Of a DNA stretch of 64,000 nucleotides, positions 36,240 to 45,300 are shown one piece after another. The DNA comes from Octopus bimaculoides (lineage: Eukaryota). The DNA lies in contig NC_068982.1 of the NCBI RefSeq assembly GCF_001194135.2, positions 106,754,945 through 106,818,944 of the forward strand, given 5' to 3'. Position 1 is the stretch's first letter. Each line of letters opens with the position of its first letter. The translations under genes and the position numbers were made by a program. The notes under the pieces were generated by a model. That model did not search any database and had not been told where the DNA came from. It worked only from the letters and a program-made list of their open reading frames with translations.

Positions 36240-37207
36240 AACGTTAATTAAACATTGCATAATTACAATGAGACGAAAAATAAGCATAGAACTTATGATC
36301 AGCAAACACAGAAATATAGATTCAGTTAATGAAAGATTCCCCAAGTTCATTTTTTTCACGTTTTTTTTTAAAATCAAATGTTCTCAAATTAACAACGACA
36401 GATTTAAAAATCCATCGCTTTCATAAACACAGCTGTTGACATTTTCCAGCGATTGATAAAAATCCTGACGTGTCCATGGGAAAACTTTCTAATCTGGTTC
36501 TCGAAAGACGACTTTTGAGATTCTATTTAAGAAATCGTATAATCAAACGACAGAGATCTTTGTACATATAAATTATTCTTTCCATCTGTTGAGTATGTTA
36601 TTTGTAATAAATAATGTAAACAAGTAGTTTTAATTCAAATCAGCTATTTAGTTTACCATACGTAAACAAAAATACAGGCATACTGTTCTACTAAGATAAT
36701 AAATACAAATTTCCAATAAGGTATTAAATTATAGGAAAGGATAAATGAGTAATTATTATTATTTATAATTGTGATTCATTCAACATTGTTTGGGTGGAAT
36801 TAAAAGCATGTCGAGACGGAAATGGAATTAACGCTCAGCAGAAATTACAAAATGCTTTATGTAATATATTTAAAAAAATTTTTTTTTGAAGATTCATTGA
36901 AATTTTCAATATAGAATATGACTTATAAAAAACGCAAATAAAAATAAGACAGGACATATATTCGGTATACGAAAATAAGTGTAAATGAAATGTCTTAACT
37001 GACACGTATGTATCGAAAGGGTTGTGATTAAAGAGTTTTGTTTGAAGGAAAAATATGATTAAACGTATATTGAGTAAACTGACCTTTCTTTGAACTACGA
37101 GGCCACAGATAACATGTAGCTGGAAAAAGAACTAAAAACCAAAAAGAGAGTAAAAAATAATAAAATGTTCCTCCCTGTTCATCATACTCAAAATGCATGC
37201 CCGCCAT
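6414..37207 (-). CDS. SEC63: Translocation protein SEC63 homolog (DnaJ/Sec63-Brl), complete 19-exon gene span
   Basis: 19 exons, all GT-AG with matching phases, sum to 2334 nt (777 aa + stop). The N-terminus [23 protein letters not shown]-domain [33 protein letters not shown] and the acidic C-terminus are all characteristic of SEC63. Confidence 0.96.
7240..7344 (-). CDS. SEC63: SEC63 exon 18 (105 nt)
   Basis: [35 protein letters not shown]; ctgcag / gtaagt. Confidence 0.95.
7465..7830 (-). mobile_element. RTE LINE 3' UTR copy (young)
   Basis: Near-identical over ~200 bp to 28300-28500, 57449-57550 and 61057-61240. Confidence 0.85.
7908..8006 (-). CDS. SEC63: SEC63 exon 17 (99 nt)
   Basis: [33 protein letters not shown]; ttgtag / gtaaat. 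Confidence 0.94.
8926..9150 (-). CDS. SEC63: SEC63 exon 16 (225 nt)
   Basis: [26 protein letters not shown]...[36 protein letters not shown]; attcag / gtgagt. Confidence 0.92.
9931..10155 (-). CDS. SEC63: SEC63 exon 15 (225 nt), Lys-rich with poly-Ala
   Basis: [46 protein letters not shown]11[19 protein letters not shown]; ttatag / gtattt. Confidence 0.86.
10503..10790 (-). mobile_element. RTE 3'-tail copy carrying a 24-bp tandem array
   Basis: Family C tail followed by 4-5 units of 24 bp at 10669-10787. Confidence 0.7.
10900..11277 (-). mobile_element. tRNA-derived SINE family B, tail type 2
   Basis: Head gcaggtgtggctgtagttaagaagtttgcttccc, core ggcaagtga...ccttgtgagtga, ggaagggca tail. 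Confidence 0.7.
11876..12057 (-). CDS. SEC63: SEC63 exon 14 (182 nt)
   Basis: [27 protein letters not shown]...AKEEAENR; tttcag / gtttgt (weaker donor, but the phase fits). Confidence 0.86.
12899..13109. mobile_element. TTAA-CCCT-terminated MITE (piggyBac-like ends)
   Basis: ttaacccttttt ... aaaagggtta termini. Confidence 0.5.
13446..13593 (-). CDS. SEC63: SEC63 exon 13 (148 nt)
   Basis: [49 protein letters not shown]; tttcag / gtaact. Confidence 0.93.
14290..14435 (-). CDS. SEC63: SEC63 exon 12 (146 nt)
   Basis: [49 protein letters not shown]; ttgtag / gtaaga. Confidence 0.93.
14480..14890 (-). mobile_element. SINE family B, tail type 2
   Basis: Alignable to 22690-23097 in reverse. Confidence 0.7.
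15842..15934 (-). CDS. SEC63: SEC63 exon 11 (93 nt)
   Basis: [31 protein letters not shown]; tttcag / gtaagt. Confidence 0.92.
16984..17119 (-). CDS. SEC63: SEC63 exon 10 (136 nt)
   Basis: [45 protein letters not shown]; gcacag / gtaagc. Confidence 0.93.
17511..18229 (-). mobile_element. RTE LINE 3' end including ORF C-terminus
   Basis: [36 protein letters not shown], then a tandemly repetitive 3' UTR and (GAT)n tail. Confidence 0.88.
18225..19080 (+). mobile_element. RTE LINE internal fragment (pre-RT linker) joined directly to a 3' UTR and (GAT)n tail
   Basis: [19 protein letters not shown]...[18 protein letters not shown], then an abrupt switch at ~18755 to family C 3' UTR. Confidence 0.85.
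19379..19541. repeat. Compound (TA)n/(CA)n microsatellite
   Basis: Direct reading. Confidence 0.95.
20597..20691 (-). CDS. SEC63: SEC63 exon 9 (95 nt)
   Basis: [32 protein letters not shown]; ttttaag / gtatgt. Confidence 0.92.
21161..21269 (-). CDS. SEC63: SEC63 exon 8 (109 nt)
   Basis: [36 protein letters not shown]; ctacag / gtgagt. Confidence 0.94.
21341..21480 (+). mobile_element. pogo/Tigger-like terminus with three 30-bp tandem units
   Basis: tagtaatccctcgccatattgtggttcac next to a TA run; 30-bp period at 21356, 21386 and 21416. Confidence 0.5.
22426..22476 (-). CDS. SEC63: SEC63 exon 7 (51 nt)
   Basis: [17 protein letters not shown] (TM); taatag / gtaagt. Confidence 0.93.
22690..23097 (+). 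mobile_element. SINE family B, tail type 2 (full length)
   Basis: tRNA-like head, caccttgggcaagtgtcttc core, caggaagagcatctagttg...gcatggaaaag...gatgatg tail. Confidence 0.75.
23251..24075 (+). mobile_element. Penelope-like element 3' fragment (Zn-knuckle + GIY-YIG pseudogene) flanked by inverted pseudo-LTRs
   Basis: KCGDP*CGTC...[24 protein letters not shown]...[18 protein letters not shown] with two in-frame stops; ~186-bp inverted repeats at 23251-23437 and 23890-24075. Confidence 0.88.
24076..24925 (-). mobile_element. RTE LINE fragment, linker and RT N-terminus
   Basis: [62 protein letters not shown]. Confidence 0.92.
25246..25304 (-). CDS. SEC63: SEC63 exon 6 (59 nt)
   Basis: [20 protein letters not shown]; tactag / gtaagt. 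Confidence 0.94.
25476..25568. repeat. 30-bp minisatellite x3
   Basis: taatcttatacacattacaaaaaccagata units starting at 25476, 25506 and 25536. Confidence 0.9.
25703..25764 (-). CDS. SEC63: SEC63 exon 5 (62 nt)
   Basis: [20 protein letters not shown]; cttttag / gtatat. Confidence 0.94.
26038..26153 (-). CDS. SEC63: SEC63 exon 4 (116 nt), J-domain
   Basis: [38 protein letters not shown] with HPD motif; donor gtaagt. Confidence 0.94.
28137..28830 (+). mobile_element. SINE family B (tail 2) interrupted by an RTE 3' UTR insertion at 28174-28500
   Basis: SINE head ends at gcttccc; the core resumes after the (GAT)n tail at gtaccttgggcaagtgtc. Confidence 0.8.
28866..28980 (-). CDS. SEC63: SEC63 exon 3 (115 nt)
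   Basis: [38 protein letters not shown] (TM segment and J-domain start); ttttcag / gtgagt. Confidence 0.93.
29584..29593. other. Assembly gap (10 N) inside an RTE 3'-tail copy
   Basis: Flanks match the copy at 28340-28500, which has 82 bp at the corresponding position. Confidence 0.9.
30111..30216 (-). CDS. SEC63: SEC63 exon 2 (106 nt)
   Basis: ttgtag acceptor; [35 protein letters not shown]; donor gtaagt, phase 2. Confidence 0.88.
30452..30945 (-). mobile_element. RTE LINE 3' end inserted in a diverged SINE B
   Basis: [27 protein letters not shown] remnant; SINE head at 30355-30450 and core at ~30975-31015. Confidence 0.8.
31165..31560 (+). mobile_element. SINE family B, tail type 1
   Basis: Same head and core, then (TG)n and an accacttgacaacc...cagcatggcc...tgactgaaacaagtaaaa tail; also at 59087-59410 (+), 59700-60030 (-), 47490-48090 (-) and 43940-44280 (-). 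Confidence 0.78.
33645..34443. repeat. Long imperfect inverted repeat (arms 33645-33966 and 34139-34443)
   Basis: Arms align in reverse complement, e.g. acgaaacattgtg...ttga(a/g)gcaggcccaag(a/t)gctttctacttgttg. Confidence 0.85.
34500..34830 (+). mobile_element. Old RTE-type RT remnant
   Basis: [21 protein letters not shown]; [11 protein letters not shown]; [13 protein letters not shown]. Confidence 0.6.
35736..36110. mobile_element. Intact 375-bp MITE, Merlin-like (37-bp perfect TIRs, 8-bp TSD)
   Basis: TIR GGATCTTTTTTAAAACGGGGGCCACATTTTTCATTAA is identical at both ends; CATCATTT is duplicated at 35728-35735 and 36111-36118. Confidence 0.9.
37084..37207 (-). CDS. SEC63: SEC63 exon 1 (124 nt)
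   Basis: ATG at 37207; [41 protein letters not shown]; donor gtcagt, phase 1. Confidence 0.93.
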
Positions 37208-37322
37208 CTTTTATGGTGGGGATGGAGGTGGAGGAACTTATAACTCCGCAGTTTCCTCCTGTTCCGGACTTTAAAACCCTACTCGCAATTAAAAGTTGTT
37301 GCTTTTTTCTTTTCTCTTTCTC

Positions 37323-37334
37323 TTCTCGCGAGAA
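37323..37334. promoter_or_regulatory. TTCTCGCGAGAA palindrome (CGCG/BANP-type promoter motif) upstream of SEC63
   Basis: Perfect 12-bp palindrome containing TCTCGCGAGA, ~117 nt upstream of the SEC63 ATG, in a CpG-retaining region. Confidence 0.55.
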
Positions 37335-38150
37335 AAAAATTTGATTCGATTCATAACAATTAATTAAAGAATAACTGCAGATATCAAATAGCTGCAATAT
37401 TCGAAATAATATTTCAGTTATTTGTGAATTTCTATTTCGGTACTAAAGTAATACTTGCTTCTTTATTCGAGACTTAAACATAATTATCTTCCAAATAATA
37501 GGTAACTTCGTTATAACATTTTTAATGCCTAGAGAATTAAAAACTTAATTAGAAGTAAAATATTTGGTGACGAAAAACGACATTAGTCAATGGTAATTAT
37601 TGTTTACAGTGTTTGTTAAGTAGGGGAGACTACTTCATACATGTGTCGATATTATTTGCCCTCATCTAAGAAGCATAACTTGCACCGTTCTTTAAAAGGT
37701 TGACGCGCTGTGTGTGTGTGGGGGGGGGGGGGTCATTAATTTATTTCTCACTATTTTTTTTTTAATCTTTCTTTTATTATATAGGTTTACAGTAACTTAC
37801 CTTCAATTTTTATTTATTTATGATGCAAATAGTGCCCAGACAGTAAATGAAACAACTGGCAATTGTGATATAACAGAATATAATCCCTGCATGTAAGCTT
37901 TGATATGAAAGGGAAATATCCAGTAAACTTTAATGGGTTGATGGCAAGACAGTCAAGCAAGATACATCCTACTTCAGGTTATTGAGTATGAGAAGAAATT
38001 TTTTGAAATTATCTCCTTTTTGGGAATCTCCCAAAAGCTACAGCCTGATTTTTGCTTTCTTCCTCCAAGTAGAAAATGAAGTTTTTGTTGCTTTTTTTTT
38101 TTTTTGCATATGTTATTTACTACATCGACACTTATCTGATATATGTATAT

Positions 38151-38274
38151 CAAAATAAGCAACAAGGATATCCAGAGGTAATGCAGTACAATCTTTTCAT
38201 GCAACTCCATTTAATTGAACAATGTAATCATTACTTCAATTTAAAATGCAGAGCAATCCTCAGCTGCACAAAGA
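38151..38274 (+). repeat. ~125-bp segment duplicated at 41610-41734
   Basis: caaaataagcaacaaggatatcca...aaaatgcagagcaatcctcagctgcacaaaga in both copies. Confidence 0.9.
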
Positions 38275-39783
38275 CAAAGAATTTAATTAAATCGACACAT
38301 TAGTATAATCATACCTAAAATCTCCAAGAAGTTAAGGAGATAAACAAAGAACATGTTGCCTCTACTACAACATAGAAATTAAATGAATTGTCAAGCAGAC
38401 TCTGCCTGTCACTGATTTTACTTGTTTTTATGGGGTCAGTTTTAATTTATTGACTAGTTTATCAAACCTTGTATATCTAAGGCTGAGAGAATAAAGGGCA
38501 TTATCTGCTAGGGGTAGGGCTGAGAGAGCAGACAGAAATCATAGTTGGTATAGTCATAAAAATCATAAGGCTTGGTAAAGGAAAACCTAAAACAAGATGT
38601 TGGCTGACAACTAAGTGGGGTCGCCCACTATCAGACCATTGATAATGAAACAGGGGAAGTCTTATCATGTAGTACTATAGTTAAATGTTGCTATATTGTA
38701 TACAGATAAAGTTTATGGCTATTCAGAAGGTTATTAAGAAGAATACATTAACAAAAGGATAGAAAATTTATGGATACTTTTACCACAATAGAGGGAGGAA
38801 AAGAAATTATTCAGAAATAGTTTCATATTTATACATATTGTACACTTAAATACTAACTCATCAGATGGTATCTCTGAATATTGATTAATTGGTATATACT
38901 GGTATTAATAAAGGAGTATTGAGGTAAAAGAACATTCTAATTATATATTAATAAAATTATATTCTAAGCAGTTTTTTTTTAATATGTAGTGAATATACCA
39001 GTATAGTTTTATATAAGCTAAGTATGAATTTATAGAGATAGAAAGATTAGCTTAATTTTATGAATAAACTAGCAGTATAACCCAATGTTGTCCAGGTGTG
39101 ACTTATTACGCCATCTACGATAAGTCTTGCTACGTGAAAATCAACTAAAAAAGAAAGCTTTACAACGAAAAAACCCTTATAATGTAAATATGTTCTGGTA
39201 GTAAGTAAATGCACTTTAAGAAAGATATTAAAAAAATTCAGTTTGTAATGAATAAATGTTTGACTGTCAATCGTATTTGGAAGAGACTGACAGGTATTTG
39301 TATGTATGTGTTTATTTGTATGTATGTGTGTATTTGTACGTATGTATGTATGAGTGTGTAATTCAAAAAAATGTATATTTACACTTTAAAGTTGGTTTTC
39401 ACACCCAACCCTGTTCTGCAGAATCAGTGTAGCGACGGGAAGTTTGTGCCTATCTCTACGTTCTGAGTTCAAATTCCGCCAAAGTCGACTTTGCCTTTAA
39501 TCCTTTTGGGGTCTAAAAAATAAGTACCAGTTGAACACAGGGGTCGATATAATTGACTATTCTCCACCTGCCCGAAGCCGCCCTTGTGGGAAAAATGTTA
39601 AATAATTATAATAATAATAATAATGACCTCTGCCGATCAAAGTCCCAACCCACAACTAAGTCTTAAGTGTATATATATATGGGCAACACACACACACACT
39701 AAATATAAAAATGTTAGTAAGTAAAAGTGTTTTAAAAAAGATTGTTAAATTTTCAGATTAACACTCGCACGATTTTCACTAGT

Positions 39784-39821
39784 GTTAGAGTTAGGGTTTT
39801 AGGGTCAGGGTTAGGGTTAGG
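39784..39821 (+). repeat. Short degenerate (TTAGGG)n tract
   Basis: gttagagttagggttttagggtcagggttagggttagg. Confidence 0.7.
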
Positions 39822-40732
39822 TAGGTAATCGTGTGGGTGTTAATCTCAAGATTTACGAAAAGATTTATAGAATAAATGTTTGTGGATCGTATTTGAAAAA
39901 GATGTGTGGTTATTTTTTTTTTTTTTACTCTCCAATCTTCATCAGGTGTTCTGGTGGAATTTTGTACCCAATCCTTTATTTGACTAATGGGGTACTCTGC
40001 TCTCATTCCTAAGGTATTCTTTTTTGCTAATTTTATTTTTTTCTGTTGATATTATTTCCCAACTCCCTGTCTAGGATTGAACTCAGAATCCGAGGGTTAA
40101 TTGTCTGTGCTCTTATCCGCTATGCTATATGCACGTAGGCAATTGTAGAGTAAATTTTGGGGTTTATAAACCTAATATTTTATCTTTTCTTAATACTGGT
40201 TCCAATATTACATTCATATCTGCACTAAGTCAGCTTAGGAGGTTGTTGTGTCCTAGCATGTGTGCTGCCTCTTTTAATTTTCACATTTTCCAGAGGTGTT
40301 TTCTGTCTATTATTTTAGCTTTATCCCACAGGGAGAGGTGGTCTCTGTTTTTCCATACATGATCAGCTATACCTGCTTTTTCAAAATCCCCTCATGTCAC
40401 AGCTTTATGATGTTCCTCTACCCTTATTTTAAGGGAGCAGCATGTTTCGCCTTTATATAACCTACTGCAACTGCATGGGATTGAGTACATACAGTTTTTG
40501 GTCATATTCTCTTGTATGGGTGGTTTTACTCGGAGGAGATATTTGCGAAGTGTTTTATTACTTCTGAATACAAAAGGTATGCGGCCTGTATGGCATCAGG
40601 ACAGTATTCAGAAGTAATACAACACTTCTCTAATTTATTAAGTGACTATTTTAGAAGCTGAGTAACATTCGAATAAAAGCATAACAAAACAACATGTAAT
40701 TTTAAAAATAAAACACTTTAGTTTAGAATTAT

Positions 40733-40738
40733 TTTATT
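40733..40738 (-). terminator. Candidate polyadenylation signal of EXD3
   Basis: AATAAA ~140 nt past the stop, followed on the minus strand by a T/GT-rich tract (tgttgttttgtt). Confidence 0.4.
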
Positions 40739-40876
40739 ATGCTTTAAGCATTTCCATTACATATATTTTACATCAAAGATTGTTTTACTGTGTAGAATTT
40801 GTGACAGTTTGTTAGCTTTAGTTTGAAGTAACATAAACAGAATCAATACTTTTGCTGAATCCAAAATTATTGTTGG

Positions 40877-41302
40877 TTATGTCTCATCATCAACAGAGAA
40901 TGGAATTAATTCATTTATCTGTTCCAACACACGCTTATAATGGCAACCGTCCCAATAGACTTTACCACAGCTTATACAACAGTAGAATATTTTGTCTTCC
41001 GCAAATAAAGTATTTGGGATATGTTCCAGCTGAATAGCTACACCATTAGTTCGGTATAAGGCAGTATCCATGTCAATCAGTTCTTCATTTTCCAATATAG
41101 GATAGGATTCCAGCTTATTTACAGGGTGTGTGACCATACTGCTAAATAGCATATCTGGATCAGGAATACTTTCTACACCTTCAGAGCCATTGGGATCTGA
41201 AATCCAGGATTTCTTTTTCGTTGATGAGGAACTTGGCTTCACCTCCTTTAACACATGCATCTTCTCAGATTCAACCAAGACAAAAGTCTTACAATTGCAA
41301 AT
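40877..41302 (-). CDS. EXD3: EXD3 last coding exon (426 nt incl. TAA)
   Basis: [10 protein letters not shown]...[36 protein letters not shown]; ttccag acceptor. Confidence 0.93.
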   Translation of the reverse strand: MCNCKTFVLVESEKMHVLKEVKPSSSSTKKKSWISDPNGSEGVESIPDPDMLFSSMVTHPVNKLESYPILENEELIDMDTALYRTNGVAIQLEHIPNTLFAEDKIFYCCISCGKVYWDGCHYKRVLEQINELIPFSVDDET

Positions 41303-41526
41303 CTGGAAAAGAAGAAATCTTTCTTATAATTTATTGTAAATACATACAGATTTTTTCATTAAGCACATAGTCAAGAGGAAAACTGTATTAATTAATCTGA
41401 TTTCAGTGTATTATTGGTAAGTTATTTTAACAATGTTAGAATAAGTAAAGAGAAATCAATACTGACACACTTTATCTGTCTGTCTGTCTCTCTCTCTATA
41501 TATACATATATGTATGTATCTATATA

Positions 41527-41611
<85 letters not shown>

Positions 41612-42306
41612 AAATAAGCAACAAGGATATCCAAAGTTAATGCAGTATGATCGTTTCATGCAACTCCATTTATTTAAGCAATGTGAATATTACATCAAAT
41701 GTAAAATGCAGAGCAATCCTCAGCTGCACAAAGATATAGAAATTTACTGAAATTTCATTTCACCAGAAGGACATATTTTTGTAACTACATTTAAACTGTC
41801 CAAGTAGAAAGGAAAAATACAAAAAACCATTTTGACTTAGCCAGAGCATACAGGCTAGCCTGTATGGTTTGGCTAAGTCTGTATGGTTTACAAATATCAT
41901 TGTGTTATTTCAACTGCTTGTAAATGCTGAACAAAGATGGCGCACTGACCAACGGTTTGCTAAATTATTTTCACCATATCCTAACCACATTAGTTGATTG
42001 TAAGATTGCATTGGGTGAACATTTCTAGTCATTTTCTGCAAGATGACATATTCAAGAGCAGTAAGAGTGGAGATTGTGGAAGTGTATGTGAGAACAGGTT
42101 CTGTTAAGCAAATGTGTGAAATCTTTGAAAGGCTTCCCAGCAAAGAGAATGGTACAAATGTTGGTTAAGAAGCGGCACTTGATATGTCCATGGAAAATTA
42201 CTGGGTAGTTGTTGGCATATTTCTAGATGGGACGAAACGAAACAAAAGCCAGTTAAATAGGTGAGCAGCTGAGCTAGTTGCATTTGTCCCAGGAGAGAGA
42301 GAGAGG

Positions 42307-42369
<63 letters not shown>

Positions 42370-45300
42370 AGAGAGAGAGAGAGAGCGCAGGTAATATATA
42401 GAGAACAGCCCAGGGAGGAGGAGGGGTTGAGAGAAGAGACATCAGGTAATGGTGGTGCGGGGAGAAAGAGATCCAGTGTAGATGGTGGGAAAAGAGAGAT
42501 AGAGATATCTGGTATTGGTGGTGAGGTTGGGAAAAGGCGGACGCACCGCGAACAAAGTTTTTTTGGGGAGATGGTATGAGGAATGAAAATAGTAGTAATA
42601 ATAATAATAATATACATTCAGAGTGTTCATGGGGGATGAGAATTTAAACCAAAGAAGCAAGAAATTAAGCAAACCAAGAAACAAGTAATTATCTTAACGA
42701 AATTACATGAGAGTTGAAAATATAATATTAATATCTCTTGGATATTAAAATATAAAAGACATTATTACTAGGAGAAAGAAGGCGGTGAGCTGGCAGAGTC
42801 TTTAGCATGCTGGGCGAAATGCTTAGCGGTATTTCATCAGCTGTTACGTTCTGAGTTCAAATTCCACCAAAGTTGACTTTGCCTTTCATCCTTTTCGGAT
42901 CAATAAAATTGTAACAGCTATGAACTGGGGTTGATTTAATCGACTTAATCCCTTCCCCCAAATTTGAGGCCTTGTGTTTCCAGTAGAAAGGATTATTACT
43001 AGGAGAAAGTGATTAGTCTAAAAATGTTAAGGTACCAGTTTGCATCTGTGAAAAGACATCAATGAAAAACTTTCAATGAAACATGAATTTTAGGATAGGA
43101 TAACAAAATTTTTCTCAAAAGTTATGAAGGTTGATTTGTAAATAGCAGAAGAGGATTAAATAAATAAACAAGAGCACTCAGAGCACAAACCTCTGCCAAG
43201 GCAACACCAACGTCCTCTCAACGGTTAGCCAAGGATGATTTTCAAAATGTGAATATCTGAAATAAACTTGATTGCTCTAACAAACAAGAATACTAGAAAT
43301 GAACCCGACCTCTCTCAAAAATTAAGTATAAAAACAGGAAAATAATCTAGAATCCTTTTCTGGTACCAGATCAATCCCAAAATCTAATCAGTTCATGCCA
43401 GTCACAAGGCCAAACATCCCTGAAAGTTTCATATGAATCCATCCAGCGGTTCTTGAGATATCTTGGTCCATGGATATCTTGTCCACAAACAAACAAACAT
43501 AACTGAAAACAATACCACTACCTTTGCTAAGGTGGCGGTAATGAAGTTAAGTAATTAAATTAACTTTCAAGTTAATGTGATATATAGAAAAATATGGAGG
43601 ATAACTTCATAGTAAAAAAAATATAAACAGGGCTAAAACGTTTACCTGACATCTACTTAGAAGATCTTCTTCTTTTATCTTCACTTTAAAATGTGTTAAG
43701 ACCTCCTTCAGTTGTTCTTTAACATTCTGGCTAGATACACTGAAGCATTTACTTTCACCAAGTCTTGAAGCAAACTAAAAATTAAAAAAAAAACAAAATA
43801 CAAAAAAAAATAAATAATTCCATGAAATAAGGTATTTTGAAAAATAATGTCAAAATAAGAATTTAAAATGTTAAGTAATTAAAAAGCTCTGCTTAGGTAT
43901 ATCTGAAATATTGTTATTTGCTTTTAGTTCTGTTTTACCTTTTACTACTTTCAGTCACTGGACTGTGACCATGCTAAAGTTATATTTCAAGGGTTTAGTC
44001 AAACAAATAAACCCAATACTTATTTTTTAAAGTCTGCTACATATTCTATTGGTTTCTTCTGCCGAGCCACTACGTTATGGGAACATAAACAAACCAACGC
44101 CAGTTGTCAAGTGGTGGGGGACAAACACAAAGATACATGTGTGCACAGACACTCACACAGATGAATTCCCATAAAGTTTTCACCTACTAAATTCCCTTAC
44201 AAGACAAAATGCCAAACAGTAGAACTGAAATTGAAACCACATGGCTGCAAAGCAAACTTCTCAACCACATAGTCAAGCCTACATTTAAGCTTTGTTCAGA
44301 AAATTTTAAAAACTGATTGGTTTTTCTTTTTGAATCCCTATCAACTTATCCTGAGTAAAATAAAATAACATGTTTAACTTATAAGCAAAAGCAAACTTTG
44401 TATGATTTGCAAATGATTTCAAACAAAAGTATGTTTTGTTCAAAGTTGCAACATAAGCTATTGTAACAACTAGATCCACTACAGTTGTCTCACGGCCATA
44501 ACAATGAACTTATAGTTCCAACTGGTCAATCAACTAGAGTCTTTTTTTTTTTTTACTTTGTATATGTTTTTAACAAATTCTTCCAAGTTCAGAGTATTAC
44601 CATACAATATATAAGGATATATTTTCATTAAGATGGGAGGGGGAAAAGACTATGTAAGATTTGATATAAAAAGAAACAAAAACAAGTAAATAAATAATGA
44701 GTTTAAAATAACAACTGAATATAAATACTATGTACTATAAATGAAAAAATTTCTTGTTTCAGCTTGCTTGAAATATTGGTTTCAAATTTTGACATAAGGC
44801 CAGCAATTTTGGAGGATATGGTAAGTGAATTACATTAACCCCAGTGTTCAACAGGTACATACTTTATTTACCCTGAAAGGATGAAAGGCAAAGTTGACCT
44901 TAGTGGAATTTAAACCCAGAACGTTAAGACTGATGAAATGTCACTAAGCATTTCGTCCAACCAGCTAGCCACCTTAATATAATTAAATAAACTGAACCAA
45001 ATATATACCACCTATGCTTTTATATTATATGCTTGCATGAAAATATTGCCATATGACTTCATTGTTGTTTCATTTAGGGGGAAAGAAAAATAATGCTGGC
45101 ATTCATTCTGTTTAGTTTCTGCCTAAAAGAATAGTCATTTTCTTCTAAAAGTAGCTGCCCAATACCAACAATGAAAAAAGTACAATGATGGAAGTTTGAA
45201 TAATAAAACAATAAACATGAAATACTAGTGTCATGCTTATACACATGCGTAAACAATACGGATACAGTTATATGGGGGGGGGGGGGAAGCATTGAAAAAC

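Noticed and set aside
37188-37397. ORF-track ORF over the SEC63 start
   Set aside because: It is out of frame with the true ATG at 37207 and mostly covers 5' UTR or promoter.
39784-39821. True telomere or chromosome end
   Set aside because: The tract is only ~38 bp, degenerate and flanked by intact genes on both sides.
40595-40624. Resemblance of the hairpin arm (GTATTACTTC...TACTG) to miR-12
   Set aside because: The recalled seed (GAGUAUU) is not present, and the similarity is likely coincidental.
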